DNA of 64,000 bases from positions 416,001-480,000 of the forward strand of contig OZ241917.1 in assembly GCA_965203805.1 (NCBI GenBank), in the 5' to 3' direction. Shown in pieces: positions 51,524 through 62,322 of the stretch (position 1 is its first letter; every line of letters starts with the position of its first letter). Source of the stretch: Candidatus Latescibacterota bacterium. GTDB taxonomy: Bacteria > Latescibacterota > UBA2968 > GCA-2709665. The notes beneath the pieces are model-generated. The model was not told the origin of the DNA and did not search any database. It saw only the letters and a list, made by a program, of their open reading frames with translations. The translations under genes and the position numbers were made by a program.

Positions 51524-51717
51524 TAAACTCGAGGTTCGCATATCGAAACGTGGTCATTGCCTGTGCTGAGCTTGCCGAAGTAAGCTTGTCGAAATGCCCG
51601 TATTTCTGGATCCCGTCGACACTCGCGCCACTCTGCCCGGCCCGTGGAGGCGTAAACGTGCCGCCTGCCAGGCTCGGGGCACGTGCAAGTCAATTTGATG
51701 CGAACCGATGCCGCAGT

Positions 51718-51778
51718 AGATCCTTCGTCAGCCGGCCAGCCGATGACCCTCTGGCAGGCCGGCTGACGAAGGATGACA
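51718..51778. repeat. Long REP-like hairpin
   Basis: ATCCTTCGTCAGCCGGCC / GGCCGGCTGACGAAGGAT followed by GACA. Confidence 0.7.
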
Positions 51779-51814
51779 GTTTGGGCTAGCGAATGACGGA
51801 TACATTTCGACGAC

Positions 51815-51909
51815 GGTTATTGCAAAACATGTCATTCTGAGCGCAGCGAAGAATCTCCCGTCTTCTCGATCGTCCTGACGCAGAAACGCAGGAAATACAT
51901 CTGCGCGGA
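51815..51909. repeat. Partial copy of the 166-bp unit
   Basis: Near-identical to 51332-51425. Confidence 0.85.
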
Positions 51910-51952
51910 GAAATCGTCTTCGGCGAGGCGGCCAGGCATAAGGAGGTCCGAA

Positions 51953-53503
51953 ATGAAATCCATATGGCTCACTCTCTTCGCGTTGTCCCTCCCGGGGTCG
52001 CTTTCGGCGAAGGCGGCGCTGACGTTGGACGGTGCATCGACCGACAGCACGATCACCATCAACTATGATGTCCCGGAAAGTTCTCACGTCCAGGTGAGGA
52101 TCGTATCGACCGGGGGCATACTCGCGGCGCCACAATACGGATACCAGGCGTCCGGGAACTATACGATCATACAGGACAAATCCGGATTTCCCAGGGGTGA
52201 TTACCATTTGCAGCTGATTTTGGATCGTGATCGGGACAAGGTGACCCGGCGTCGTTTCCTGCACAGCCCTTCGGGAAGGCCGATTGCGCGATCAAGAGAA
52301 GAACGAAACCTCTACAATCGATCGTTCATCAGCACCACGTTCGACCCGAAACAGGCTGTTGAACTGTGGAATGAACTGCTCACCCGGTATCCAGACTACG
52401 CAGCCAGGGGTGCGGCGTTTCTATATTCAATCCCGGCCAGAATGTCCGCGACAGACAGCATTGACGTCCACGCCGCCGCAGACAGCGCTGCAGCGTTGTT
52501 CGCATATCCCGCGACTTACGTGACCATCGGTCGTTTCCTTAGCGGCTTGGAAGTACCGGCCAGTGTAAAGACACGGTACCCGGAAACGGCGTTAATGTAT
52601 GCGGAGAGGGCCGTAAAGCACATCAGCGATGTACCGGAACCCTACCGCTACGAGGCGCTCTATCGTTGTCTGCACCTCAGAGGTCGTTGCCTGCAACTCC
52701 TGGGCAGATTCGATGAGGCCGAAAAGGCTTACAACGAGGCCATCGAGACGCTCGCTTCGGTAGAGGGTGCGGGTACTTACTCGGATTTCCTGCAGGACGT
52801 CTGGGCGTACCAGGGGCTCGCCTCGCTCTACGAACAGCAAGGCAGGCACGGTGACGCGATCGGATTTTACGAAAAGGCGGTCAAGAGCAACCCGAGGAAC
52901 CCTGAACTCTGGATGGCCTTGCAGCGAAATTTCAACCTCGTTCATGGGTCCGACACGGGCTATGAGGCATTCAGCCGGAGACTTGAGGCTTCGGTTCGCA
53001 GCGATGAGCATGAGAAGAAGCACGGCCTCCTGGGCAAGCCGCTACCGGAATTTGAACTGCCGCGATTGGACGGGGGTACGTTGTCGCTCAATCAGATTAA
53101 GGGCAACGTGAGCGTCCTGAACTTCTGGGCGTTCTGGTGCGGACCCTGCATGTATGAGTTGCCGGTGATTGCCCGCCTTGCAAGAGAATCGTCAGGTCGT
53201 GGGGTCAAAGTGGTCGCCATACACACGCCCCGTGAGTTCTCTCCGGGGATCACCAGGGAGGAATTCCCGGAAATTGTCCGAAACGGGGTGAGAGAGCACG
53301 AGGGCTCGTTCGAAACCGTCTGGGACAGCAAGAAACAGAACTTCGCGGTGCGGTGCGGGATCGAATCCCTGCCGGTAACGCTGGTCACGGATAGAGAGGG
53401 GATCGTTCGATACCGGATGACCGGCTTCGATCCGGACAACGCGTACCGGAAACTGAAGGCGGCTGTGGATCGCCTGACTGGTCCTTCGACGCCGCCGCGA
53501 TAG
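51953..53503 (+). CDS. Secreted TPR + TlpA/redoxin-domain protein
   Basis: Signal peptide, TPR-like helices, NFWAFWCGPC..ELP, LP.T. Confidence 0.85.
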   Translation: MKSIWLTLFALSLPGSLSAKAALTLDGASTDSTITINYDVPESSHVQVRIVSTGGILAAPQYGYQASGNYTIIQDKSGFPRGDYHLQLILDRDRDKVTRRRFLHSPSGRPIARSREERNLYNRSFISTTFDPKQAVELWNELLTRYPDYAARGAAFLYSIPARMSATDSIDVHAAADSAAALFAYPATYVTIGRFLSGLEVPASVKTRYPETALMYAERAVKHISDVPEPYRYEALYRCLHLRGRCLQLLGRFDEAEKAYNEAIETLASVEGAGTYSDFLQDVWAYQGLASLYEQQGRHGDAIGFYEKAVKSNPRNPELWMALQRNFNLVHGSDTGYEAFSRRLEASVRSDEHEKKHGLLGKPLPEFELPRLDGGTLSLNQIKGNVSVLNFWAFWCGPCMYELPVIARLARESSGRGVKVVAIHTPREFSPGITREEFPEIVRNGVREHEGSFETVWDSKKQNFAVRCGIESLPVTLVTDREGIVRYRMTGFDPDNAYRKLKAAVDRLTGPSTPPR

Positions 53504-53649
53504 GCCACTAAGACGGTTGGAATCGAAGTCACGCGTCAGAGCGTTTGAGAATGTGGGGCAGACCGGAATGTCTGCCCCACCCTAAAGGCGGTTCTGTCAT
53601 CGTCTCCACCCTGCCGTGAGTCCCCTTGGCCGTTGTTGGGGCGGCTTCC

Positions 53650-53814
53650 TCAGGATGACAGTACGGGCAAACGTGTAACAGCCACATTTTCCAATGGTTA
53701 TTGCAAAACATGTCATTCTGAGCGGAGCGAAGAATCTCCCGTATTCTCGATTGTCCGACACAAAACAACGCGGCAGACACATTTGCGCGGACACATCACC
53801 GGTTTGGCGGCCTC
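53650..53814. repeat. Diverged, circularly offset copy of the 166-bp unit
   Basis: TCAGGATGACA...GTCATTCTGAGCGGAGCGAAGAATCTC...CATCACCGGTTTGGCGGCCTC. Confidence 0.8.
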
Positions 53815-53993
53815 CCACGGTACCGGGAACCTTTGCCTCGTCAGCGCGTCTAATATAGGATGTAAGAATCAATTACTGCGCCCGCCGTTCGTCGAAGCAG
53901 ATAAATAACCGGCGCGTTGCAGCAGCCCGTTCCAACCGTCGCATTTTGCGACACTCAGCGCGAATCCGAGGGCCATCACAGAAAGGAGCGCCA

Positions 53994-55448
53994 ATGAGGA
54001 CGATTCCCAGGATGATCTGCCTCTGGCTTTTCTTTACCGCATTTACAGCGGCCGGAATCGGGGCGGAGACCGCCTCCCCGCTGCTGCAGGCCATGCGGGA
54101 GGAAATGTCCCGCTCCATTGACCTGCTCAAACGGCAGCCGGTCCCGCCCTATTTTCTGAGTTATGAAATCACGGAAACCCACCTGATCCGTGTCGGAGCT
54201 TCATTTGGCGCGCTGTCCTACAACAACGAGCGACGCAACCGCATGCTCGACATCGATCTTCGGGTGGGGGACTACGCGCTGGACAATACGCACCCGGTTC
54301 GCGGCAGCCTGACCAACTGGTCCGATCGATTTTCACGGATCAACATCCCGATCGAGGACGATGTCGACGCGGTGCGCTCGGTGCTATGGTACCACACCGA
54401 CAGGAAATACAAGCGTGCCCTCGAACAGTTTACCACGGTCAAGACCAACGTCCAGGTCAAGGTGGAAGAGGAAGATCAGTCCGACGATTTCTCAAGAGAG
54501 CCGGTCGAGCAATACGTAGAGGAACCCGCATTCCTCGCTGTCCCTCGCGACGAATGGGTAGGCAGGGTGAAGAAGTACACCGCCCCGTTCGCGAGAGACG
54601 GAAACATATACGATGCCAGCGCAAGTCTGCTTGCAACCGTTTCAACACGCCAATACGTCAACAGCGAGGGAAGCGAGATCCAGACTTCTCAGGTACGCTA
54701 CCGGTTGTTCATCTACGCGTTCACGAAGGCAGACGACGGTATGGAACTGCCTCGGTACGAGTCCTTTTCGGCATTTTCACCAGAGGGATTGCCGGGCGAC
54801 GATGAAGTCCTCGCCCTCGTGGACAGAATGATCGCCGACCTCCAGGCTCTGCGCGATGCCCCTGTTGTGGCGCCGTATGAAGGACCCGCGATTCTGTCGG
54901 GCCGTGCCAGCGGCGTCCTGTTTCACGAGATCTTCGGACACCGAATCGAGGGACACCGCCAGAAGCGCGAGGAAGAGGGCCAGACGTTCAAGAAGAAAGT
55001 CGGAGAGAGGGTTCTGCCCGAGTCGTTTTCGGTCATTTTCGACCCCACCAGAAAGAGCATCGCGGGAAAGGACCTCGTCGGCGCTTACGCGTACGACAAT
55101 CAGGGCGTCAAGGCGCGGTCCGTAGCCGTTGTGGAAAACGGAATCTTCCGTCGCTTCCTGATGTCGCGTTCACCCATCGAGAATTTTCCCAATTCCAACG
55201 GCCACGGGCGCAAGCAGGCGGGCTACGCGCCCGTGGCGCGGCAGTCCAACCTCGTCGTGGAGACCTCGGAACCGTTGAGCCGGGACAGGCTGAAGGAAAT
55301 GCTCATCGAGCAGTGCCGGAACGAGGGCAAGGAGTTCGGGCTCTATTTCGAGGATATTCAGGGAGGATTCACCATCACAGGCCGTACGATTCCCAACGCC
55401 TTCAATGCTGTCCCCCACTCTCCCGGCCTCCCCGCCCGCTCCCGGTGA
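53994..55448 (+). pseudogene. TldD/PmbA-family metalloprotease, probably 3'-truncated near 55408
   Basis: FHEIFGHRIEGHR, SNGHGR, RQSNL; family-like sequence stops after IPNAFN. Confidence 0.75.
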
Positions 55449-55470
55449 GTCCGGTCGAGTGCAGAAACAA

Positions 55471-55589
55471 GGTCCCATGCGCCTTATCATTCTCCTGATA
55501 TTTGGCACCTTTCAGATACCCTCTTGCTCGTACCAAAATTGAACTTTATTAAATATTCTTAAGTCTGGAATGATAAGGCGCATGGAACT
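55471..55589. mobile_element. MITE-like element or inverted-repeat cassette
   Basis: 18-bp perfect IR CCATGCGCCTTATCATTC around an AT-rich core. Confidence 0.55.
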
Positions 55590-55803
55590 AATGAAAATGT
55601 TTTGGCAGACAAAGACTTACGTCCAAATAAAAAATCGTCTTTTTGAGAATGGGGGTCGAAATTAGGGTGAAAAACGCTTGGGTGAATTGGCCCAGGGCGC
55701 GAGTTATATTCAAAAGTTGTGGATGAATAAAAAAAAGAGCGTATCCTTACGTGTCACCAAAAACCCGCGAGGCCCCTCGGACGAGGGAGAAAGGATACGC
55801 TCG

Positions 55804-56139
55804 ATGAGACAATATACAGCCTCCGAAGTTGAGAGGATAGTCAAAGATGAAGTGACGTTAAGCCTGGAAGGTCTGATCCGAGTTGGGGCCAGGCGGATGC
55901 TTCAAGCCGCGTTAGAGTTCGAAGTGGACGCGTACGTCGAGAACTTGCAGGACGAGAGAGACGAACAAGGTCACCGGCAAGTGGTCAGGAATGGTGCCCA
56001 CAAGCCGCGGGACCTGATCACGCGCGTAGGCCCCGTACCGATCCGTCAGCCGCGCGTAAACGACCGTCGTGAGGGGAAAGCGTTTCGTTCTGCGATTCTG
56101 CCGCGGTATATGCGTCGTGCGCCTTCGATCGATGCATTG
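55804..56139 (+). pseudogene. IS256-family transposase N-terminal fragment
   Basis: GARRMLQAALE.EV, RNG, VGPV....PRV.DR, F.S.ILPRY.RR. Confidence 0.82.
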
Positions 56140-56444
56140 AAGCCGCCGCTTAATCCATCTGGATGCGCTCGCCCCCATCCACAACATTTGACAATATCTC
56201 CCCAGGGCGTGGGCCTGGGCTTCGTGGAAATGAGAAAACGGTTGTCTTCTTTCGTAACAATGTCATATTTACCAAAAGGTGATCCGCGAATGTAGACGAC
56301 ATCCGCGGATCAAATCCACCACCGGAAGGGGGTGAAAAGGCCAATGGCCAAAATACCAACGGTGCAAATGTCGGAACGACCAATACCGACGACAAGTGTT
56401 AGGGAACTACAGGGGAAAGTGATTAGGTAGGAGTAGTGGATTGC

Positions 56445-56480
56445 AAAAAGGCCACCCGGTATTACATCCGGGTGGCCTTT
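56445..56480. terminator. Intrinsic terminator-like hairpin
   Basis: AAAAAGGCCACCCGG-loop-CCGGGTGGCCTTT. Confidence 0.7.
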
Positions 56481-56536
56481 CATGTTTCACGGCTTATCAC
56501 TCTTGACATCGAAAATGGTGGTTTTATCATGTGCCC

Positions 56537-56658
56537 GTCATACACTGTAGGATTGTTGTGCCGGGCCTCCCGCCGAATAAGGCCACTGAACATCGGGATT
56601 AGCTACCCCGATGGGCCGAATACGCGGGACAATTCCGGCAATCCCTGCGGTGTGTGAC
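56537..56658 (+). ncRNA. Candidate rod-shaped structured RNA
   Basis: TTGACA-16-TATCAT at 56503-56530; five nested stems closing the 5' end to the 3' end. Confidence 0.45.
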
Positions 56659-56715
56659 AAGGCCCAGCGCCTTTTATCGGGCGCCTGAACCGTCACACGT
56701 TTCAGGGAGGGAAAG

Positions 56716-57279
56716 ATGGATCGACGGAATTGTGTTGTCTTGGTAGCAGTGTTATCCACGCTGTTGATGGGATCAGTTGGGGCGGAAGAAAGTGATCCGT
56801 GGCGGATCGAAAGAAAGGTAGACGCGATTACTGATTCTGTAACTGTGACTCTTCAAAACTTCGGTCGAGAGTGGGATGGCATTTACGAAAAGGTCAATAT
56901 CGGTGCCATGACCATCACATGCAAACAAGGGAATAATGGCAACCTGGTAACTCTCTCCATCATGTCCCCCAAGCTATTGAACGTTCCGAGGGTGGATTTT
57001 CCATCTCCCCCGAAAAGCAATATATATTTCCGTTTCGGCAAGGAAAAAGCAGTCCTTTATGAAGGTTGGGAAACCGTCGCGCCAGCTGTGGAGAGGGTAA
57101 GCATGGAGTGCCCACAGCGAGATATAGCCCAAATACTCGACCGTATCTATGCCGGATATTACAGAACCCTTATCGTTCGGTCTGACTCTCCATTCACGGG
57201 CCTGACTTGGACAATGAGATTCAACATTGAATACGGCGCTAAAATGGTTGGAGAAATGTTCGAGCAATGCAAGCAATAA
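56716..57279 (+). CDS. Hypothetical secreted protein
   Basis: GGAGG SD, signal peptide, W.....D..TD. Confidence 0.7.
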   Translation: MDRRNCVVLVAVLSTLLMGSVGAEESDPWRIERKVDAITDSVTVTLQNFGREWDGIYEKVNIGAMTITCKQGNNGNLVTLSIMSPKLLNVPRVDFPSPPKSNIYFRFGKEKAVLYEGWETVAPAVERVSMECPQRDIAQILDRIYAGYYRTLIVRSDSPFTGLTWTMRFNIEYGAKMVGEMFEQCKQ

Positions 57280-57351
57280 ACGGAATCGGCCTACACAACA
57301 AAGAGGACCGCCTTTATCGAGGCGGTCCAGTCATTCCAGGGAGGGACAGAG

Positions 57352-57597
57352 ATGAAAATCCAAGCGATTGAGGATTTGACTTACGTGTGTGAGTATGTGC
57401 ACGTCAATGAGAGTAGACATGCCGCCATCGAAACACTGAGAATTGAAGCCACGAAAAAACGGGCGAAAGAGCGTGGCGTGCGCGTGCAAACCGTCCACCG
57501 CAATCTAAAACTGGCATTGGGTTACGATAAGAGGAAAAACATAGATAGTATCGACCAACTCTTGTTGGATATGTTGAAAAAACGTAGGGGCGGTTAA
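57352..57597 (+). CDS. Small hypothetical protein
   Basis: GGAGG SD; basic helical ORF. Confidence 0.45.
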   Translation: MKIQAIEDLTYVCEYVHVNESRHAAIETLRIEATKKRAKERGVRVQTVHRNLKLALGYDKRKNIDSIDQLLLDMLKKRRGG

Positions 57598-57840
57598 GCG
57601 GACGACATACCGTAAAGGGCAACCAAATGCCGGGTGCCTCCTAATTTGTTACCCGGCGTTGTCCTGCCGCCCCTATCGCACGGCCTGGGGACACGCGGAG
57701 CGAGTCGGAAGCAATAACGGAGGGTTATTGCTGGCCTCCTGTTCGGCTCGTCGCGTGTTCCCCGGGCCATCCCATCAAGCATAAACGAAATTTATGGTAA
57801 AGACAGAGACAATCAAAACCTTTTATTCGGGGAGAGCGAC

Positions 57841-58023
57841 ATGACGAATCAGGACCTCGTATACGAGTACCTGCAGCGAAAGAAATATGGCGCTTCAGTG
57901 TCGGAAATGGCTAATCACTTAGACCGTTCTGGAGACCAAGTCCGAAACGCTATTGACGGGCTGCGCCGAAAGGGAATAAAGGTCGGTAACGATCCAGACA
58001 AAGGCACCTTCTGGCTTCGCTGA
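57841..58023 (+). CDS. Small winged-HTH-like protein
   Basis: SVSEMANHL.RS..QVRNAI..LR.KG. Confidence 0.6.
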   Translation: MTNQDLVYEYLQRKKYGASVSEMANHLDRSGDQVRNAIDGLRRKGIKVGNDPDKGTFWLR

Positions 58024-58032
58024 TTCAGCCAA

Positions 58033-58370
58033 TCAATTCCTCCCAGGCGAGATTTTTCCGATCATGTCCGTTACGACGTGACTCATTTGGTCGAGGATCA
58101 TTGAGCCGCGAATATTGTATCGGCCAGAGAACTCATTGGCGTAGCGCCACAAGTGTTTGTGGCTCATGTAGTGATACACGCCGTAGTATCCGCGTTTGAG
58201 CAAGGCCCAGAATGATTCCATCCCGTTGGTATGCGCCTCCCCATCGACATACTGTTTCGCTGAATGATTCACGGATACATGGTTCTGGAGGCCGGTATAT
58301 CCGCCGTGGTCATCGGTGTAGACCCGCGCAAGGTGGTCAGTGTGCTTCTTCACAAACCTGTGTAGCGTAG
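58033..58370 (-). pseudogene. IS1595-family transposase C-terminal fragment
   Basis: YTDD...Y, H..VNHS..YV, HTN..ES.W..LKR...G.YH, KHL..Y..EF. Confidence 0.85.
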
Positions 58371-58557
58371 CCCTCAAGAAAAACGCCGGTTATCCCTACT
58401 GCCAATACGCCTGCGGTGATTGCTCCGAGCCGGTCCCGTATTGTTCGTTTATCGGGGTCCCTAAACGCCTTGATCGCTATGATCCACCATGCCACAGCAA
58501 ACACACCCATGAGCACTGCGGACACAAGTTTCAGTATCAGCTTAACGGGATCGCTCA

Positions 58558-59202
58558 TCACTTATTGGCATATGGGATGCCTACTCCCACCCTTGCAGTC
58601 AGTGTTCGGTGTTTCGTTTCTTCGCCCGCGAAAGAGATGGGGTTGAGGTCCATGCTGTATGTCGCGTCCCAAAACATCCAGACATTGCCAGACTTCTTCT
58701 GCAAGCCCACGCCCGCGACAATCGCAACCCTGGTTGTGTTGCCGAGGTCGAAGTCTAACTGTGGGTTTTCGCAGTCAAGGGCTACCTACGCTCCCGACAC
58801 ACGCGCATTTATCTTGCAACCGATCTGGAAGCCGACAGACCCACCGCCAAGCAGATAGGCGTCTGTCGTTTTGTTCAATGGAACACCTGACTTTCCAAGA
58901 AATGAAAACTCCAGATAGCGCACAGCCCATCCGCCAGACACATTCCCGAGCCCACCGGTGTCACTGATGTCTGCATTGATTCCCTTGTTGGTTACCGCAA
59001 GGCCAAAGGCAGACCGCAAACCCGAAGGCTCGATTGACAAGCCAAAGAGTGGCGCAATTCTGGCTTTGGCATCCGATCCCGGTTCATCCTCTACGCCTGT
59101 CATGGTTGAGCGTGTTATGCCAGAATATGCCCCAATGACTGTTTCTGCGTGGGCGTGAGATACAGTCAAAAGCAACACGAACAAAACGGCAAACTTAGGC
59201 AT
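58558..59202 (-). pseudogene. Outer-membrane beta-barrel (PorT-like) protein with one in-frame TAG at 58786-58788
   Basis: Signal peptide, KG, YLE; frame continues to ...RVGVGIPYANK*. Confidence 0.65.
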
Positions 59203-59401
59203 AGCACGTTCTCCTCATAATGGATTTATCATCAAATTATCCCAATATACCCTCATCTCGCATCTCCTCAATCAACATCCCCCTTTAGATCCCTCTACCC
59301 ATTCCAGTCAAGTTAAGTACATAAGCCCCATATAAAACCCTTGGAAATCGCCCAGGGGTTTTGTGTGGTTTGCGAATAAAGATTATAGAGCACAAAGCGA
59401 A

Positions 59402-59626
59402 TTAATACGTGAAATAGTAAACGTACCATGTCGTCCACTCAGGACCTTCTCCGCCAGGATGAGCCATACAACCCCTGTTCCTTGCCTCCTGATTTTCCCT
59501 CCGCTGGGCCTCGCTCTTAGAATAACATATATCCAAGATTTCTCAATTCCGCAAACTAGGGTGTCTTCTTTCCCAATATCTTCTTCGTCCGACCTGATCA
59601 GTCGTGATTCCAACGCGACAAGGCAT
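59402..59626 (-). pseudogene. Small protein (MPCRVGITTD..., GIY-YIG-like) with in-frame TGA at 59543-59545
   Basis: AAGGAGG SD; 75-codon frame not in the ORF track; GIT.D..RR...H pattern. Confidence 0.55.
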
Positions 59627-59679
59627 ATCTTCCCTCCTTCGGTGAGTATGATCTGAGAAAACGAGTCAGTATAAATTAG

Positions 59680-60546
59680 CTACGATTGTGATAACCATAC
59701 TTCCATAATCGCATAACCAATGCCTTTATCACGTCGAAATGCAGGAGTCTCAAGTAATCCTTTTATGGTTGGATGGTGTATCTCATTACGAACGTAGATA
59801 GGTAATAATTCTCGTCGTCCTATTCGTTCTCGCCAAAAATTATCACCGATTTTATGTTTAGGTAAAAAATCATGAATATTTCGTAATTTCGGTTGCATTA
59901 TTTTAGTTGCTTTTTTCTGATTAGGGCCGCCCCAAAATTCAATCAATTTTTCATAAAGTATTGAATATTGCTCATTTGTAACTGTTTTCAATGGAGTGGC
60001 GTCTTCTAATTCTTTGGCGCTACCAACCAGACCCACACGGATAGGAAAGCCTTTCTGAATAACTAATTGTTTTTCTATCTCTAGTAAAGTTCTGTAGTTA
60101 CCTGAAAATACACGAATCATATTACCTGTAGCGACATACTGCTGTCGATATAAATAACCCTCTATGTGCGCCAAGTATACCGCAATAAAATGATCACGTT
60201 GAGATTTGGTAACTGTGGACGGAAGTAGATCAACGACAGTCTTCAAATGTAAGTCAAGAAATTTAGAGAATATTATAACGTAGGGTAGAATTTCCTGGCC
60301 ATTCGGTACCAATAGTTCAATAGTTTTCTGTACAATACCATCAAGTTTATTATAACGAACACTAAGGATTCCATTCTCATCCATATTTATCGCACTTTCG
60401 TCATTATCATCATCGCCACTGGGATCGCGGCAATACAACACGCCACCACCAATGTACAGAAGTCGATCTGAATCCACACAATGATAGTCGCTTTGCGATT
60501 TAACTTATGCAAAAGTACTTCCAGATTGTAGTTCGACATATAGCAT
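59680..60546 (-). pseudogene. AT-rich hypothetical protein with HEPN-like RNEIHH and an early in-frame TAA at 60505-60507
   Basis: ORF 59680-60477 extends in frame to ATG 60546 through one stop. Confidence 0.5.
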
Positions 60547-60608
60547 TCTCGATCCAAGATTTCGGCATCACGGTTTAGTGTCCCTGTTGCCTCCGAAATC
60601 TAAGATCA

Positions 60609-60630
60609 GAGAATACTATTCTCCTGTCAA
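60609..60630 (-). promoter_or_regulatory. TTGACA with adjacent operator-like palindrome GAGAATA-N-TATTCTC
   Basis: Perfect 7-bp arms in the promoter spacer. Confidence 0.45.
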
Positions 60631-60931
60631 GACAAAATAAAAACCCCTGGGCTGTTCTCAATAGCCCAGGGGCTTGCTATGCGGTCGCGTGAGGTTCTAT
60701 CTACCCGATTCCTGATACTTATCGCTCTCAGGATTCAACTGCTCTGAGCGGTTATCCTGCGCCGCCTGATAAGCATCATTATTCGGGTTAGCCTGATTTG
60801 TTAGTGATCGCCCATATGCGGCCAATGCGGGATCGGCATAATGAGGCCACCTGGGATGCGATAAAGGTTTCGGACTATCCGGCAACGGTTCTACCTTCTT
60901 TCTGTCTCCCCGACAGTCAGGAGGGAAGGAC

Positions 60932-62310
60932 ATGGCCAACCGGAGGTTCGAGATGTATCAGTATCGCCAGGTATTGACGCGTATGCGGTTGGGCGATTCG
61001 GATCGTGCGATCGCCCGTTCCGGGTTGATGGGTCGGCGGAAGGCCGGCTCGCTTCGTGAAGTGGCAGGCCGTGAGGGATGGCTGGAGGCTTCCAACGTGT
61101 TGCCCGATGATGCCACGCTGGTGCAGGTGGTTCAGGTTCCAACCTCGCGGCCTCAGTCGGCCTCGTCGGTTTTGCCCTACCAGGACAAGGTGACAGCTTG
61201 GTGGCGTGAGGGTATCCGGGGTACCGTCATCCACCAGGCGTTGGTGGACACCTACGGCTATGCCGGCTCGTATGCTTCCATCCGTCGTTTTCTCCAGCAG
61301 CTCAAAGACGCTCATCCCGACGTCACCACCGTGTTGGACTTCGATCCGGGCGACGTGGCGCAGGTGGACTTCGGGCGGGGTCCCACGATAGAGGACGTCT
61401 TCACCCACCAGACCATCGCGACGTGGATCTTCGTGATGGTACTGGCCTGGTCTCGCCACCAGACAGAAGCGCCTTCGAGTTCTTCGGCGGCGTCCCGGCA
61501 CGCGTGGTGATCGACAACCCCAAAAACGCCATCACCAGGGCCTGCTACCACGATCCGGAGGTGCAGCGCGCCTACGGCGAGTGCGCCTGCCTGCGTCCCT
61601 CGGACAGGCAGGCCGAAGGCTATGGCTTCACCATCTCCCCGTGCCCCGTGCGAGACCCGAAGAAGAAGGGGTGCGTGGAGGCGGCCGTGAAGTATGTCAA
61701 GCGCAGCTTTGTTGCCCTGCGCCAGTTCCGTGACATCAGCGATGCCAACCGGCAGTTGCAGGACTGGATCCTGGGGGTGGCCGGTAACCGCATTCACGGC
61801 ACCACCCACGAACGACCCCTGACACGCTTTGCACAGACCGAGCGCGAGTTCCTCAAGCCGTTACCCGCCATTCCACCTGAGCAGGCGGCCTGGGCCAAGG
61901 TGAAGGTTCACGGCGACTGCCACGTCCAGTTCGAGAAGTGTCGATACTCCGTGCCCTATGCCCTGGTGCGCCAACAGCTCTGGTTGCGGGCCAGCCCAAA
62001 AACCGTGAAGATCTACCAGAACCACAACATGGTGGCCGTTCATCCCCGTAAAAACACACCCGGTGCACGCGCGACCGTTACCGAACATCTGCCGCCCGAG
62101 GCGCGCGCTTTCCTGATGCGCGATCCACAATGGTGCCTCAAACAGGCACAGAGTATCGGTCCTTCCTGCCACCACCTCATAAAGACCCTCTTCTCCGATC
62201 GCGTGCTGGACAACCTCCGCGCGGCGCAGGGCATCATCCGACTTTCCGAACGCTACGGCGCAAGGCGCCTTGAGGCCGCCTGCGACCGCGCCCTGGCCTA
62301 TGACAACCCC
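60932..62310 (+). pseudogene. IS21-family IstA transposase with deletion/frameshift; no istB follows
   Basis: PG..AQVDFG, FVM.L..SR, FFGGVP..V.DN.K, KG.VE..VKYV, R.HGTT, YSVP. Confidence 0.88.
61586..61612. repeat. 27-nt palindromic insert CCTGCCTGCGTCCCTCGGACAGGCAGG
   Basis: Removal restores YGECAEGYGF. Confidence 0.85.
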
Positions 62311-62322
62311 CGAGAAGAAATA

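Noticed and set aside
51332-51909. Possible CRISPR array
   Set aside because: Repeats are long and irregularly spaced, the would-be spacers are themselves repeated, and no cas genes are present.
58558-60546. Stop-codon recoding (Sec, Pyl or alternative genetic code)
   Set aside because: Three different stop codons are involved and core genes terminate normally with all three; decay is the simpler explanation.
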